This document shows positions 37,051-50,964 of a DNA stretch of 64,000 bases, in pieces. The stretch is from NCBI GenBank assembly GCA_013265495.1, contig MU058065.1:8535819-8599818 (forward strand), in the 5' to 3' direction. A model generated the notes under the pieces. It saw nothing but the letters and a program-made list of their open reading frames with translations, did not search any database and had not been told where the DNA came from. Both the position numbers and the translations under genes were made by a program. The first letter of the stretch is position 1, and the number at the start of each line of letters is the position of its first letter. Source of the DNA: Vicugna vicugna (Eukaryota).

Positions 37051-37439
37051 TCTTCTCTGCTGGGAGGAATAAAATCGTGCTGCACCTGCCGACTGCACAG
37101 AGTTCTTGCCAGGACCATCTTCAGGCCTTTAAAGCACTTACAGCAGCGAATGAAGCATGATCACAGGGGGCTCTGTTTCAGCCCTGGGAAGGGAAGACAT
37201 GAAGGATGCGAACTGATCAGGGAGCGGCACCCATGAAAGGTCCCCAGGGTTCTTCCTCTTGCACGTTGAGGTAGTGGAGACCTCTGGTGTTGAAGGGACC
37301 TATGAGCCTAGGTGGTTAAACAATGAGAGGAGCTCCAGAATCTATGCAACGATGTTTAGACTTGGGGTTAAATGATATGTAAACATTGGGTTAACCAGGT
37401 AAGAGAAAAGAGCCAGAGTATCTGTCTTGGGAGCAGTGA

Positions 37440-37545
37440 AGGAAAGAAGGAAGGAGGGAGGGAAGGAGGGAGGGACAGCGGAGGGAGGGTGGGAGTTGGG
37501 GAGAGAGACAGAATAGAGGAGGGAGGGAGGGAAAGAAGGAGATGG
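37440..37545 (+). repeat. GA-rich polypurine low-complexity tract
   Basis: ggaaagaaggaaggagggagggaaggagggagggac...gagggagggagggaaagaagg. Confidence 0.85.
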
Positions 37546-39155
37546 TAAGCATCTTAGATTCTCCCGCTCCTTCCCTGGGAAGTAGCCGCAGGGAGAGGGA
37601 GGGGAAGGTGTGGAAGCCAGGGGCAAAGAGGCAGGCCAGTTCCTAGTGGGGAATCAGATAAGGAGGCCTTAGGTGGTCAAAGGGGGTCTGTTTTTTAAGA
37701 CCTCTGTTTGCTGTTTACTGGAGATTTGATCCTCCCTGCCTTCAGAGCTGCAGTCCTGGACCTGGAGGGCTGATGCACAGCCTGTCTGTGGGGAGTGCAG
37801 CGGTGTCCCTGGGGCTGCTGGCTTCAGCAGCCGGCCTGTGTACGTGGGATTCTGTGGGGCTTTCCAGAAGCTTTCACATGTGGTCCTTGCTGGTTGTGGG
37901 GACTCACGGGAAACCCTCGTGAGCAGCTTTAATGCTGAGTGGCACTTTGCCCGCTGTCCCCAGGCTCCGAGTCTGGTGTTTCTAAGCCCTGAGTCTTCTT
38001 TTAGCTCTAGATGATGTGGAAGGAAGACTCTCAAGGGATTTGCTCTCGCACCCTAGGTGGGACTCGGGGTGGAACCTGAGACTTGGCTCATCCTATCTTT
38101 TAGGAATAAAAACAGCCTCTGCTTCGCTTCGTATGTAACTTCAGAGCCGCCTCTCAAATGCTTGGGGTTAATAAAATATTTATCATCAGCAGATGGTGGC
38201 CAGGGGCGAAACAGCCACGCTCACTTTCCTCAGAACCTTTCAGAGATCATTATATGGGGGAGGGGGAGAAAGTGAGGCTCCGATTCAGTGCCCCTCCCCC
38301 CTGCCCTCTGCCCTCCCTGGGTTTCTTGGGCCCAGACCCCGGGCCCTTTGCACACAGTTCCCTTTACACAGGCCCCGCAGTCCTTACAGTCTCAGGCGCT
38401 CAGAGGTTCCCAAGCTGCTGCTTTAGTTGTTTACCTGAGGCTTTCTTTGTTTTGGTCTTTCCACCTTAAGAGTCCAAAGTTTTAAAACAAATTGGATGCT
38501 GCCTTGACTGGGAGGTGGAGCAGGACAAAAGGAAGGAATGGGGACCACATGACCGGAGCACAAAACCAGGGGTCCTGGGAGCCAGGCTGGTCTGACAGGT
38601 CCTTCCCAATGAGCTCACGCCCTCATTCACTTTCATCTTGACCAGTATTTTGGTGAAATTATTAAGTGAATGATTTATTTAACAATGACCCCCACCTTGT
38701 CTATGCCCCAAAGAAACCTGACTTGTAACTCTATTGGACAAGAAGACAGTGGTGGGAGCGAGGTCCAGGTGAGGGAGGCAGCGGATCGGAGTGGAGGGGG
38801 CTGCACCGCAGAGAAGCCCGGATCCCGAGCTTGGGAGCGCGGCCGGAGCTCACAAGCATCACCCTGGTGCGAGTCATCGCTCACCCAGGGGCAGAAGCCC
38901 TTGGTTCTCTTCCCTGTTTTATATTGTTCCCCGGGCATCAGTGACTAAGCAGAGTCTGAGGCTCATGGGACGTCAGGGGAGCATTGCTTCTAATTAGGGC
39001 AGGGCTAGATGTTGGGGAAGCTGGGGAGGCACCACCTGTCTGGAGACGTGAGCACATCCAAGCAGGCTTGGTGTTGACCATCCTACAGAGCTGCATTCGT
39101 GTTTGTAGATTAAGGATGAGTGGATACTGTTTGATGTTGGCTGGGGTCATGCTTC

Positions 39156-39181
39156 TGTGTGTGTGTGTGTGAGAGAGAGAG
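39156..39181. repeat. Compound (TG)8(AG)5 microsatellite
   Basis: Read directly. Confidence 0.9.
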
Positions 39182-40419
39182 TATGTGTGGGGTGCAGTGG
39201 AAAGAAGAGTGAAAGAGAGAGATTGGTTGATTGGTTGAGTGTGAGACGGTGGGAGCGACTGGCCAGGGAGACAGCTGGCATAATCGTCTCAAAACATACG
39301 AAGAAACTATGGGTTGGCAAGCAAAAAGTGGCTGGATTATTCATGGTCAAATGTTTGCCACTGATTATTCAGGTAGATTCTGACTAATTTTTAAACCTCC
39401 TGCTTTTGGGGAATTTTACTAAGTTACACATCTGGGATTTCTGTTAGCACACTGGGGTCACAGCTCAGGTGCTCTGTTCAGGTACTTTTAAAGCAGCAAC
39501 TCTGTGCCCGCCCCTGCCAGGGGATGTGCGATGTGAAAGAAATACTGGATACAAATCCCTGCCCTAGGGGAACACAGCAACTTGCTGAGGGGACAAGACT
39601 CACACAAATGAAACAAATCTGGGGGAAAGTAAAAGACCAGTTTCGGGAATGGACGTGGGTTTCAGGACCTGAGAGGGGCATGAACTGCGGTCAGCAGCCG
39701 TGGCAGCAATTCAAGTGACAGCTCTGCCCTTGGGGCTGGCTGCCTTGAGAAGCCCCAGGGGAGTTTGCCAGATTGTATGGGGATCTTGTCACATGTGTAG
39801 TCGTTAGCTGAGACGCTGAGTTTGTGGGTGCATCCCTGTCAGAGCATTTGGATGTCATTTTCTGACCGTGGCTGCTTGTAGATGCCTCATGGGGGACCTC
39901 AGGCTAGGGGGACCCTCAGCTGGCTGCCTGTCCTGGGAGAAGTCAAACAACTGCCTGCAAAGTGGGATAGCGTCACCCGCCCTCTGACCTCAGATAGGTG
40001 GACAGCAGGAGGGATGGAACGTGGAAGGCTTTGGGTCAAGCACTGTGTGGTTTATCACTGGCTACAGACTCTATAGGCAAAAAGATTGGCGTTCCTACCA
40101 TTCACGGGATGACTCTCTCCAGCGTTGTCTGCTCCTTGGAATTCTTCTCCGTCCCTGTGCTTGCTCTCCCTCGGCTCTCACTGCTCTCTCCGGTCTCCCG
40201 TCCACCCTGGCTCCTTAGGTCAGCCATTCCCTGTTTGTTCCCAGACCCATCGTCTCTCTGATCCAGTGGCTTCCGCACTGACGGAAATGTACGAGCGTTT
40301 CTCCTAAGTCTCGCTCTCCCGCTCTGTCCTCGCTCCTAAGCTGGGATCCTGACCTCTCTCTGCACGTCCTGCAGGCTCACGGGTCAGCTGGGGCTTCCTC
40401 TGTGCTGTCTAGGGTAAAG

Positions 40420-41452
40420 GCATTGTGCTTGCATGGTCAGTACTGACCCCTCTCCTCGCACCTCTGTGCTGCCCATCACCAGTCACCCAGGCTGTCCTGT
40501 CCCCTCTCAGGTGCTCCTGGAATCTGTCCTCTCATTGCTGTTCCCACCGCCATTTCTCTAGCCCACATCCTCATTCATGCTTGCCCCAGAGGGTATTTCA
40601 CAATGTTTAGATCTAATTTAGCAACAGAACTCCACCTTTCCCAAGGCCCAAAGAAATCTTCCTTTAACTCTAGCAAATAAGATTTCAACAGAGCAGCTGC
40701 TCTGGTTATGGGTGGTTTGTGGGCTTCTTTCTCTCTCTGCCAGGGCAGCCCTGCCCACCTCCTGCCCCACTCCTCCCCCACAGTGGCCCCCAAGCCCCCT
40801 GACCCTAGGACCTCACAGAACATGGCGTGAAAACCACACCTACTGTCTTGTGACAGTTGATTGTGACAGCCTCCTGAGCCATCTCTCTGTTCCTTCTTCA
40901 TCCACAAATGTTTCTGTAAAACCCAGACTGACCAGGCTCAAAATCCCCTTGATAACTTGTCTCCGTTCCCAGAACAGAGCCTGAACTGCAGCGTGATCTT
41001 CAGTCTCTCCCCAAATCACCTTTCCTTCACCTTCCTCGGGGCGGGTGTGATTAGCCCGCAAGAGCACTTGGAATTCCCCAACCCTCAGGCACCTTTAGCC
41101 TCCCTCCGCTGCTGGCGCTGTTCCCTCTGCCAGGAACACCTTTCCCCTTGCCTGTCTTCCTGGAGAAAGGCTGCCTGCTCCTCAGGTCGTGCTAGGTGTT
41201 GTTGCCTCCATGAAACCTTTCTTGAACATCCTTCTCATCTCCCACAATGTGTCACTCCTTCTCTGTTCCTACAATTGTTTACACTTTAAAAAAAAAAGGT
41301 TCACTTATCTCCTTGCATTATAGTCACACTAAGGGCAAGGACAGTGTCCTATTTACTTTCGGGTCCCCAAAGCATCTAGCCCAGCACCCAGTATACAGTT
41401 GTTCAATAAACAAACAACTTAATGAATGAGTGAATGAATGAATGCATGAATG
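40420..41452 (+). mobile_element. Degenerate L2 3' region
   Basis: Ends agggcaaggacagtgtcc...tctagcccagcacccag...ttcaataaa...gaatgagtgaatgaatgaatg. Confidence 0.65.
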
Positions 41453-42288
41453 AGTTTGACATGCTCGTTAAAGCCTGTATGGGCACCAAGACATCATTTG
41501 CCCTCTCCTTTCTTTGGCTCATCATTCTTAAGAGGAGCCAGCGGTTGGTCTCTCTGTGCTTCGGCTTCTGCAGGGAAAACGAGGCGGTTCTGAAAACAGT
41601 GTGGCTGAGCTGTGTGTCTGCTTCCCTGTAAGCTGCTCCTTTGCCATAATTCTAATCACTCTGTCTGGTCCCAGACCCCACACTTCTGAACTGCAACTAA
41701 TGGGATTTAAGGAGCATTCTTCAGCATCCGTTCAGGTAGCTGGCCTCCTGCTAGCTGGGGTTCCAAGATCCCACCGCCTCTTTGCCCCAGTTCTCGCAAG
41801 TGGGCCCTGGCTGGCTCTCCCAAGTCTGACCGGCACCCCATCTCCATGTGCTGGAGCTGCTCCCTTGCTAGGAGGGCTCCTGCTGCTGAACCCCAGTTTG
41901 GTGACCAACACTTTGCTTCTTGTTGCAAGATCTCCTTAGTGTCAACTTCTGAGTATTTCATGTTTGTTTAAATCTTAACATTTACCTGCAGCCCCACTGT
42001 CAGTTACTCTCATTCCTCCTTCCCAGGTGCTGTCTGCTTGTCTGGTGTCCACTGTCTGTCCTCATTCGCCAGTCCCTCATGTCACCCCTGCAGGTGTGTT
42101 TGCCACCCCATGGCCATGGGGCATCCTCGCTCTGCCTCAGACAAGGGCCTGACTCACCATCCGGGAGGAAAGCCAGAGAGCATCTCCCCTCTACCAGCTC
42201 CCAGACGGTGCACTTGTCTTCAGCTGCACACCGTCATTCTAATCCTGATACCCATCCTGCTTCACCCGAGTTACCTCCATTGCATCTT

Positions 42289-42883
42289 TTTAAAAAATTT
42301 ATTTAAACAATTTTTTATTGAAATATAAATTTCAATTTCAATTATTCAGTTATTACAATTCATTGTAATTTCAATTTACAATGCTGTGTTAGTTTCTGAT
42401 GTAGCATAGTGATCCAGTTATACATACATATATATCTGTGTGTGTGCATGTGTGTGTGTGTATATATATAGACACACATTTTTTTTTCATTATAGGTTAC
42501 TACAAGCCATTGAATATAGTTCCTTGTGTTATACAGTAGGTCTTTGTTTATCTGTTCTGTACATAGTAGTTTGTATCTGCCAATCCCAAATTCCCAATTT
42601 ATCCCTCCCCTCCTGCTTTCCCCCTTGGTAACCATAAGTTTATTTTCTATGTCTGTGAGTCTGTTCTTGTTTTGTAAATAAGTTCATTTGTGTCTTTTTT
42701 TTTTTAGTTTCCACATATTATTCCAATTTTTCTTTCTCTTTCTGGCTTACTTCACTTAATATGACAATCTCCAGATCTATCCATGTTGCTGCAAATGACA
42801 TTATTTTATTCTTTTTTATGGCTGAGTAGTATTCCGTGTGTGTGTGTGTGTGTGTACACACCACATCTTCTTTATCCAGTCAT
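42289..42883 (-). mobile_element. 5'-truncated lineage L1
   Basis: Reverse L1 3' UTR and ORF2 end; TSD acctccattgcatctt (42273-42288) and acctcagttgcatctt (42884-42899). Confidence 0.9.
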
Positions 42884-44173
42884 ACCTCAGTTGCATCTTA
42901 ATGGATCTTCCAGGTCACCCCCTGTAGCATCTCCACACTTGCCAGAAAGACCTTTAAAGATGTAATACTATTCATGTCACATCACAGTCCTGATGAAAAC
43001 CCTTCTACATCTTACCTTAGGAATAAAGACCACATTTCTAAAGAATGTTAGAAAACATGGTCTACAGAGCTGTTATCTGGCCCTAGCTGCCCCTTTAGCT
43101 TCTCCTTTACTATCTAGCCAGCATCCCCCTTCTCATGTATACATCCTGCCTCCTCCCACCTCAGGGCCTTTGAACGTGCTGTTTCTGTTGTGTGGAACTC
43201 TGTTCTTGTCTTTCAGCTTAAAGCTCATGAACCACTTTTTCACAATGCCTACCATATACCTACCCCCACTACTCTCCCTGAACTTCCCCTTTATAACACT
43301 TATTATAGTTTGAATTATATAGTCATGTGATCATTCATTAATGTGTTTCCCTCCCTAGACTGTAGTGAGGTCCAAGGACAGGGGCCATGTCTGTGTTGCT
43401 CACAATTTTATTGAGCCCTGTGGTTACCATGGTGTCAGTGCTTCATACACATTATTGGATGAGGGGGACGGCCCCAGCAGGACCTGACCTGTGGGACCCT
43501 GGCCAGTCCCACAGATGTTAACTGGCTTGTGTACAGGCGTGTCCTCGGTACAATGCTCTGCCACTTAGTTCCATAAGCCCAGGCACCAGATACCGCCTCA
43601 TAAAGGGTAAATCATGAGACAGATGTACAGCGTGGGGCTCCTGAAATCCCTGCTCAACGTCCCACATTGTTTATTGAAAATATTTGAATATGCATGTTTG
43701 TTACTTAATTTTCTTGTTGTAAGGAGTTCATAGGTATTACATACCATCACACTTTAAATTTACTGTATTTCTTTGAATTAAGCACCAGTGAAAAAGTTCA
43801 TCTCTTCATGTTAATTGTTTTCTTCTTTTAAACGCATGAGCATTCTATTTGCCATTAGATTTCCTTTTTCCTTTTTTTCTTTTTGTCTTAGCTGCAGGGT
43901 TACTCAGTGCTAAATTTCATGTTTAACATAATAAAATTACCTCTGCCCAGGCGTCTGGTTGTATCTGTGTTTTTAAAGTGATTTTTAAAAATTATTCTGT
44001 TGTGTTATGCTTAATTATTAAAGACAATTTAAATTGTATGGTTAGGAAGATATTTAAATACTACATCATATGATATACAATACATTATTCATTTGATGTT
44101 ACATAGATGTGTTGTATATATTCTATGTAGTTTACATGACAGAACCCTTATACCTCCTCTTTTTATACCGTAG

Positions 44174-44333
44174 TGACAACAACCCATATTCTTCGTTTGG
44201 AGCAACTCTGGCCAGGGATGACGAGAAGAACCTGTGGAGTATGCCTCACGATGTGTCTCACACAGAGGCCGATGACGACAGGATCCTGTACAATTTGATA
44301 GTCGTTCGGAATCAGCAGGCCAAAGATTCAGAG
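44174..44333 (+). CDS. MREG: MREG coding exon 2, 160 bp
   Basis: ctttttataccgtag|T GAC AAC...TCA GAG|gtaagc; AG+T gives Ser with exon 1; SDNNPYSSFGATLARDDEKNLWSMPHDVSHTEADDDRILYNLIVVRNQQAKDSE; phase 0 out. Confidence 0.97.
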
Positions 44334-46519
44334 GTAAGCCCCCTTTGAGATCTTGCTGTGTACAGGTGAGCAGGTCCAGTGAAAAACAGCCATGACTGAG
44401 AAGCCAGCTTGGAGTAGAGGAAAGAATGAAGGATGAGATGTTTGAGATGAAGGACAGGTATTGCAACTGGCAGCATCTAGCGGCTGATTGTAGCTGGTCT
44501 TGCTGCACCTGCTTAAGAAGCAGATAAGACTGATTTCTGATTATTACCTTAATGACACAAATTACAGCAGGACGGAAACAGCAAGATCATGAAGATACCT
44601 CGGCATCTCTAATCTTCCAGTTGTTTAGCAAGCCACCGTTAAAGATCCAGGTTGGGGGGGGCTACTTTGCGTTACCACTAATTCTGAATTAGAGGACTCT
44701 GAATTAGGTTTTTTTCTGTTTATATCTTCTTAATGCTTATTGATCAAACAGCCTATCTGCTATATTTGAGGTGATTTTTGTGATAAGGCTTGAAATCACT
44801 CTTAATGGACTCTTTTTTTGTTTTAAATAGACTTTATTTTTTTAGAGCAGTTTCAGGCTCACAACAGAATTGAGCAGAAAATACGGAGAGTTTGCACATA
44901 GCCCTCCCCACCCACACATACACACTCCCCTACCCTCAACATCCCTCATCAGTGTGGCATGTTTGGTACAATCAATGAACCAACATGGACATATTATTAT
45001 CAACCAAAGTACGTAGTTTACGTTAATGGACTCTTAATCAAAGTTACTGATATGGAAACACTAGAATATTGAAAAGGAGACAGCATCATAAGTTAAGGGA
45101 AAACAGCAAAAGGGATCATGTTCTATTTTTTCCTTTATTTCAAAGGCAGTGTCAGGACACCATATAGAACACAACATAGTGTAACACTGGGGGTATCATT
45201 TTCCGAATAATACAGCATAGGTTTTCTGACGTCTATGCTCATCCATTAGTTCTGAATAGATACCTATAGACTTCATGTTTTACCTTGTATCTTATAGTAA
45301 TTGAGAAGAATAGAGACATTTTAAAACCCTAAGTAAAAGAAAAACATCAGTGTGTGTGTGTTTGTGTGTGTGTGTGGAGGGAGTGTTTATGGGGGGTCAT
45401 CTGTTTCTTACCTAGTTTTCTTTATTTTTTCCTAATTAATTGCTAAGTATTTTTTTCCCAGAAAAACATGCTTTAGCAGGTGATAACTTTTAGAAGTACC
45501 ATGTGTATTGATCTTTTTATTCTGGTGTGACTTGGATGCCTTTAGAGGGTAACGGGTGGGCACAGAGGCAGGGCTCACAGTTGCCTCTGGTTCTTGAGGC
45601 CTGGGGGCAGGATGGGCTGGAGAGGCCTGCAGCGGCTCTGGTGAGGTTCCTTTCTTGGGTGTGGAGGGCTGATGAGGACGGCTTCTGCTAGATATCCATC
45701 ATGGGGCTTAACTCAGAGGCATAGCATCCTGCTAGTGGCCATGCACGGCACTGCCCTGGGCTTCCCCTGTCCCCAGAGCCATCCCCTCCTCCACTGCTAA
45801 CATGTGGAGGACATTATAACGGCTGCCTGTGCCAGGAACAGCCGTCCTGAGCGTGTGGACAGGAATGCGTGCACAGACTTGCTTTCCCTTTCCTGGGAAG
45901 AGCTAATCCTTACCCGGCTCTATTGGGCTGACTGGTTAGGGGTTCTGCTGGTGAGAACGGAACTAATCCTTCTCGTTTCTTCCTTTGCTTTCCCCACTCT
46001 GCCCAGAGCTGTAGCAGCAGTAGGGAGATGATGTATCTAGTACACTCTTCTCTCTCCCCAGGGCCTCACGCAAAACGTGAAAGGGGCTCGAAGGGTGTTT
46101 GGACTGAGCCTGGCAGCTCTCCCCGGGGGAGCTCCTGCCTCTCTGCCCTGTTCGTATTTACTGTTGAAAAGTCAGTAGAGGCGGCAACAGGAGCTGCAAA
46201 AGTACTGTGAATAAGCACAGCTTCCCAGGCGGCCCGTTGTCTTGCTTCTGTGCTGCTCTTGGACAGAAGGGCCTTCCAGAAGGCTTCATCTTCCCCTTGC
46301 CCGAGAAATGAAGTCAGGCTCAATCAACTCTAGGGGAAGTCGGCAACCAAAACGGGCCATCAAGTCAGTAATATGAGGGTGCAGTGATGATGGTCATATG
46401 TGAAGTGATTTGAAACATCTCTGTTCATGGTGCTTCCTTTTTTTTTAGGTGAAAAAAATATATATATACACACATACACAAGGTATATATAAAATATGCA
46501 ATATATTTTAAGGTATGTA

Positions 46520-46560
46520 TATAGATATAGATATAGATAGATAGATAGATGGATGGATAC
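46520..46560. repeat. (ATATAG)n/(ATAG)n/(ATGG)n microsatellite
   Basis: atagatatagatatagatagatagatagatggatggatac. Confidence 0.85.
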
Positions 46561-48823
46561 ATACATGTGGTTTGAAAAAGCTTCTTGTATTTTCTTCCAA
46601 ACATTTGAAATGCATATAAAAACATTTATGTCTATATGAATATATCTATTCATTTCCCCTACAGATTGGATCATACATTACATACTATCCTGCACTTTGC
46701 TTTTTTTTCACCTAATACTGTATTTTGGACCTATTTCCATTTCTGCTTGCCTAGATTTACCTTTCTGTTTCCGGGGTCTCTCTGGTACTCTCTTGCATGG
46801 ATTTACCATCATTTATTCAGCCAGTCCCTATTGATGCTTGAATCGATTCAGGTTTTTTGCTCTTTGGCACAAGCAAGGCTTCAGTGGATATCCATTTATA
46901 CTTGTACGACCCTCCATTATTTTTCCAGAGTTGCTGGATCGAAGAGAATGCGTGTATCTAAAATGTTGGAATTGTCACAGTGCTTCCTTCTTGGAGGAAC
47001 CTGGGGAAAACACTTCAGGGTGCAAAACAGACGAGCCTTGGAAGTTCAGACTGAGTTTAAGGGGAGCAGCTGCTAAGCTCCAGTTTACCATGCTGACAGT
47101 GTGGATCTGGGAGTGCAGAGTGTTTGATTTTTCAGAGAAGCTAAAAATCCAACTTTACATATAAAATGTCCAGAGTTTTAAATGATAGCCCAAGTTAGAA
47201 AAAATGTGTCAGCTAAACAAAATGTGTTTGTGGGCTCCTGATATATAAGGAACATTTACAATAAGGACTAATACTACTTAATATTATTGTCATTTTGTTT
47301 AACATAATTGAAAGATGAACTCACCATTGATTTAGAAGGTAGAGGTGGGAAGCTGGTGGGAGGTGTTTTAAGTTTGAACAAGTTCCCTATTTATTCATAT
47401 TGCTTGTTTTCTTTTTCATGTAGGATAAAAATGGCACAAATTTTAATCAAATGGAGGACTTTAGTTTTGAAAGAAAAACAAATTTCACCTACCAAGGAAC
47501 AAGGCACCCCAGATATTTGTGCATGATACAATTTAGAAGTTCAAGCAAAGCATCAAGGAAAACTGAACGTTATGTTTTTCCTTGAGTAGCAACAGCATGA
47601 AAGGCCTAGAAACGTCCATACTTGAAATTCTCTGAAAAATGAAAAATAATTTCAGAATGGTGTGCACACTGCCTCCATCCCTTGCTGAATCTGGAGCTGG
47701 TGGAGGAAGGGCTGCAAATATAGTTAAGGCTAAATTTGCCGTTGTTGCCACAGATTGGGAAAAAATCAGAAAAGAAAATACATAGGAGAGCAAATAATGA
47801 GGCAAGCCATGAACTTAAATTTACTTGCAGTGTCAGAAAATAAAAAAGTAACATTTAATTCTGATACAGCCTACTTTCCTTTACACAAGCTTTTAAAAGC
47901 TTGAAGACTGTCAGAAGAGCTGATGCATTCAGACCTCCAAGTAGTGGAAAAAATGTTCTTGTCTCTGATTTTGTAAAATCCATTAAGTTTAGCTCAGAAA
48001 TAGTGAACAACCTCAAAATCACGTCACTAAATCATTATCCTTGTGTTCATTCTCATTAACCTAGTTGTATTTCGTATGTCCTCTGTGTTCTAAAGAGCTT
48101 AATAATGGTTAATGCAATATCATTGCACCTTACTTACTTACTTTGTGTAAATAATTCTAATCATATAATATCCAAGACGTTAATAATAATGAAAGCAGTG
48201 GCAGGCGTTGTTCAGCCACTTGACATATATTAAGTCCTTTACACAACAGCTATGAGGTGGGGGCCATTATTACCTCTGCTTAAAGCAACTTGTCCAAGGC
48301 TACACAGTTGAAAGTATGGAGCCAGGATTTGAATCTGGGCTTTGTGATTCCAGAGACATAATATGTAATGAGCGCCGTGATTGAAATTGTGAGAGAGGAA
48401 TAGGTATTGTCTGTGGTTCCATGTAGATTTCAAAACAAACAGAATCTATCGAAAGCCTATTTCTGTGACTTTTTGAAACCAATGATGTGAAAGACATTGA
48501 TGTGAGATGAGAACTATGTTTGATTTGGGGGTCATGACCGCAGTTCAGGAAGTGGTCCAGGTCATAATACACCTTTCCCAGTTTATGCATTTCCACGGTG
48601 AGTACAGCTGGTTAAGACTCCTCTCCAGGGCTTCGGTTTTATTAGCTCCAGGATGTTTCGTCTTGTTTCTCTCCACCCTTTGTCTCTTTGTTTAGTGTTC
48701 TCTGACTTACGTTTTTAGGTGCCTCTTCTGATGGCTCAGTAATAGTTCTTTTCGAAGTTTGTGCCTGGCTTCAACATTTTCACTCTGCTAAAAAAGGCTT
48801 TTACATTTTTGATTAAGAAAGTA

Positions 48824-49024
48824 AGTGCTGGGAGGAGGGTATAGGTTAGTGGTAGAGCACATGCTTAGCATGCACGAGGTCCTGGGTTCAATCCCCAGCA
48901 CCTCCACTTAAAAATAAATGAATAAATAAAAATAAACCTAATTACCTCCCCCCCAAAATAAAAACTAAAATAAAAAATAAAAAATAAATAAAATAAATAA
49001 AAATAAAAATACTTAAAAAAAGAA
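48824..49024 (+). mobile_element. Vic-1-like SINE with long A-rich tail
   Basis: ggagggtataggttagtggtagagcacatgcttagcatgcacgaggtcctgggttcaatccccag...aaacctaattacctcccccc; TSD aagaaagta at 48815-48823 and 49025-49033. Confidence 0.92.
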
Positions 49025-50817
49025 AAGAAAGTAGATACTAAAAATCAAATCATCCTCATAAACACTTTTAAGTACTGTTTTGGTTCAGAATAGGTGATGT
49101 TTATTTGGCATAATTGGTGATAGAAATTCTAGGCTTACTTTTAAAACTATTAAGAAATTGCATGCTCAGAAACATCTGTCGTTCTGATGACGAGCACCTG
49201 CCTCCCTGTCACTGAGCAGGGCAGCGTTTATGCACCGCAGTGTCCATGTGAACGCCAGATGCTCGTGAAGCTCAGCAATCCCTAGAAAACTGCCCTCTGC
49301 TGAACCTCGGGGAATGGCTAAATGTTACTATTTTTTGAAACTATAGAGGCAAAAACCTAAAATCTTCCTTGTTTACAATTTGTTTGCCCTTCCTGCATGT
49401 CAGGACTCCCTGCCAATGGTGTGTGGCCAAGCATTGTAAACAGTCCTATAACATGTTTGAAATAGCAACAGGTGTTCCCAGGGGTTTGTTAGCAGTGCCT
49501 GAATTATACACTTAGTCTGTCATATCCCTGGTGCTAAAAGAAAGGACAAAACCAAGTTGACTGAAATGTTGGGTCAGAGGATGTGAGGAAGTGGGAGAGA
49601 GGGTTGAACTGATCATGTACCAGACACATCACACTGAAGCACTTGGAGACAGGATTTTCTGTTTCTGCTCAGCGCTGCTCCATCTCTGCAGGCGCTGGAC
49701 AAGCCCCGCTCTGGTCTGGCCCTCTGACACCTCTACGAGTGGGTGCACACTGGCTGCTGTTGGAGATAGGGCTGCAAGTTTTACGCCAAGCACCAAGGAG
49801 CAGAATAACAGTGGAAAATGGAAGCAATTCTCTAGATAATTCTGGGCTTCTCAAAAGCCTGTTTGTTTGGGCTCCAGATGATCCGGATTGTTGAATGCAA
49901 CCATTCTTTATTTTACTTTGCTAGTGACTGTTTGGGTTAGAGAGGGAGAGAATAAAAACGCTTCTTCGGACCTAAAAATCAAGTCTTCTCATCCTCTGGG
50001 TTCTTGGTAATAATATTTGGACTGAGGATTTTACTGGGTGCTGAGCAGTAGCATATTGCTGAATGTGTCTGCTCCAGGCAAAAGCTGAAGCCCCGCAGTA
50101 ACCCTGTGAAGGAGGCATTTTGACACGTAAGATCAGAGACTTTCAGTCATCTGTCCAAGGTGTTGAAGGAAAGGAGTGGGAGAATTGAAATCGCAGTTCA
50201 GTCTGTATGACCTGGAAACCTGTGTGACCAGAAACCCTGCCCCCATCTCTCTACTGAGCTTACAAAGAGCCTTATGGAATCTTTTTGGTCACAGTTACCA
50301 AATGGATGTGGACTTCCTGTTGAGTAGACTCTCTGGTCTGTGATTTGTCAACCATTCCTCACCCCACACCAACTGAATCCCGGAGCGAACCACTTTGGTT
50401 GTTTAGTATCAACCTGTGTTGGGCACTGCATCGTAGTGTCGCTGCTTTGGGCATTTTTAACACCTCGGGCACCATTTTGGATACAAAAATCTATCGGATT
50501 TACACCAGAAGACATTGTCTGTCTGTGATGTTCTTTTCTATTCCTTGTCCACCCCAGAGTTTTTAAAAAATATCTAAGCATGTTGGATATTAGCATTAAG
50601 GTAATCAGTGTTTCTAAGTAGGTAGCATGTCAGAGCTCTGCGTAAGCCAACAGAGTCGAGACAGGAAATACCAGAAAACCAATAATTACTGGAAAATCAT
50701 TAGATATTCAGGAGGATGTGAGGTAGTGAAAAGCATGCGTTTGGAATTAGATAGCTGGGGATGAGAGTCATACCTCTGCTATGTCCTAAGATGACACTGA
50801 ATAGTTATTTAACCCTG

Positions 50818-50962
50818 GGGTGATGACACCGTTTATTGTCCAGTTTGGGACACAAGTCACAGGGTCTTAACTAAGAGGAAAGGGGTGGCGTTAATAAAAA
50901 GTATGCCAGGACAAAGATATAAATGGGGGTTTCCCCAGACAAGCTGGGGTATATGAACTCCT
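50818..50962. mobile_element. MER94-like hAT-Blackjack element
   Basis: gggtga...tttattgtccagtttgggacac...aaaggggtggcgttaataa...gccaggacaa...aagctggggtatatg. Confidence 0.6.
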
Positions 50963-50964
50963 GT

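Noticed and set aside
44109..44173. In-frame intronic ATG (MTEPLYLLFLYR) upstream of MREG exon 2
   Set aside because: Translates the branch and pyrimidine tract; no promoter evidence.
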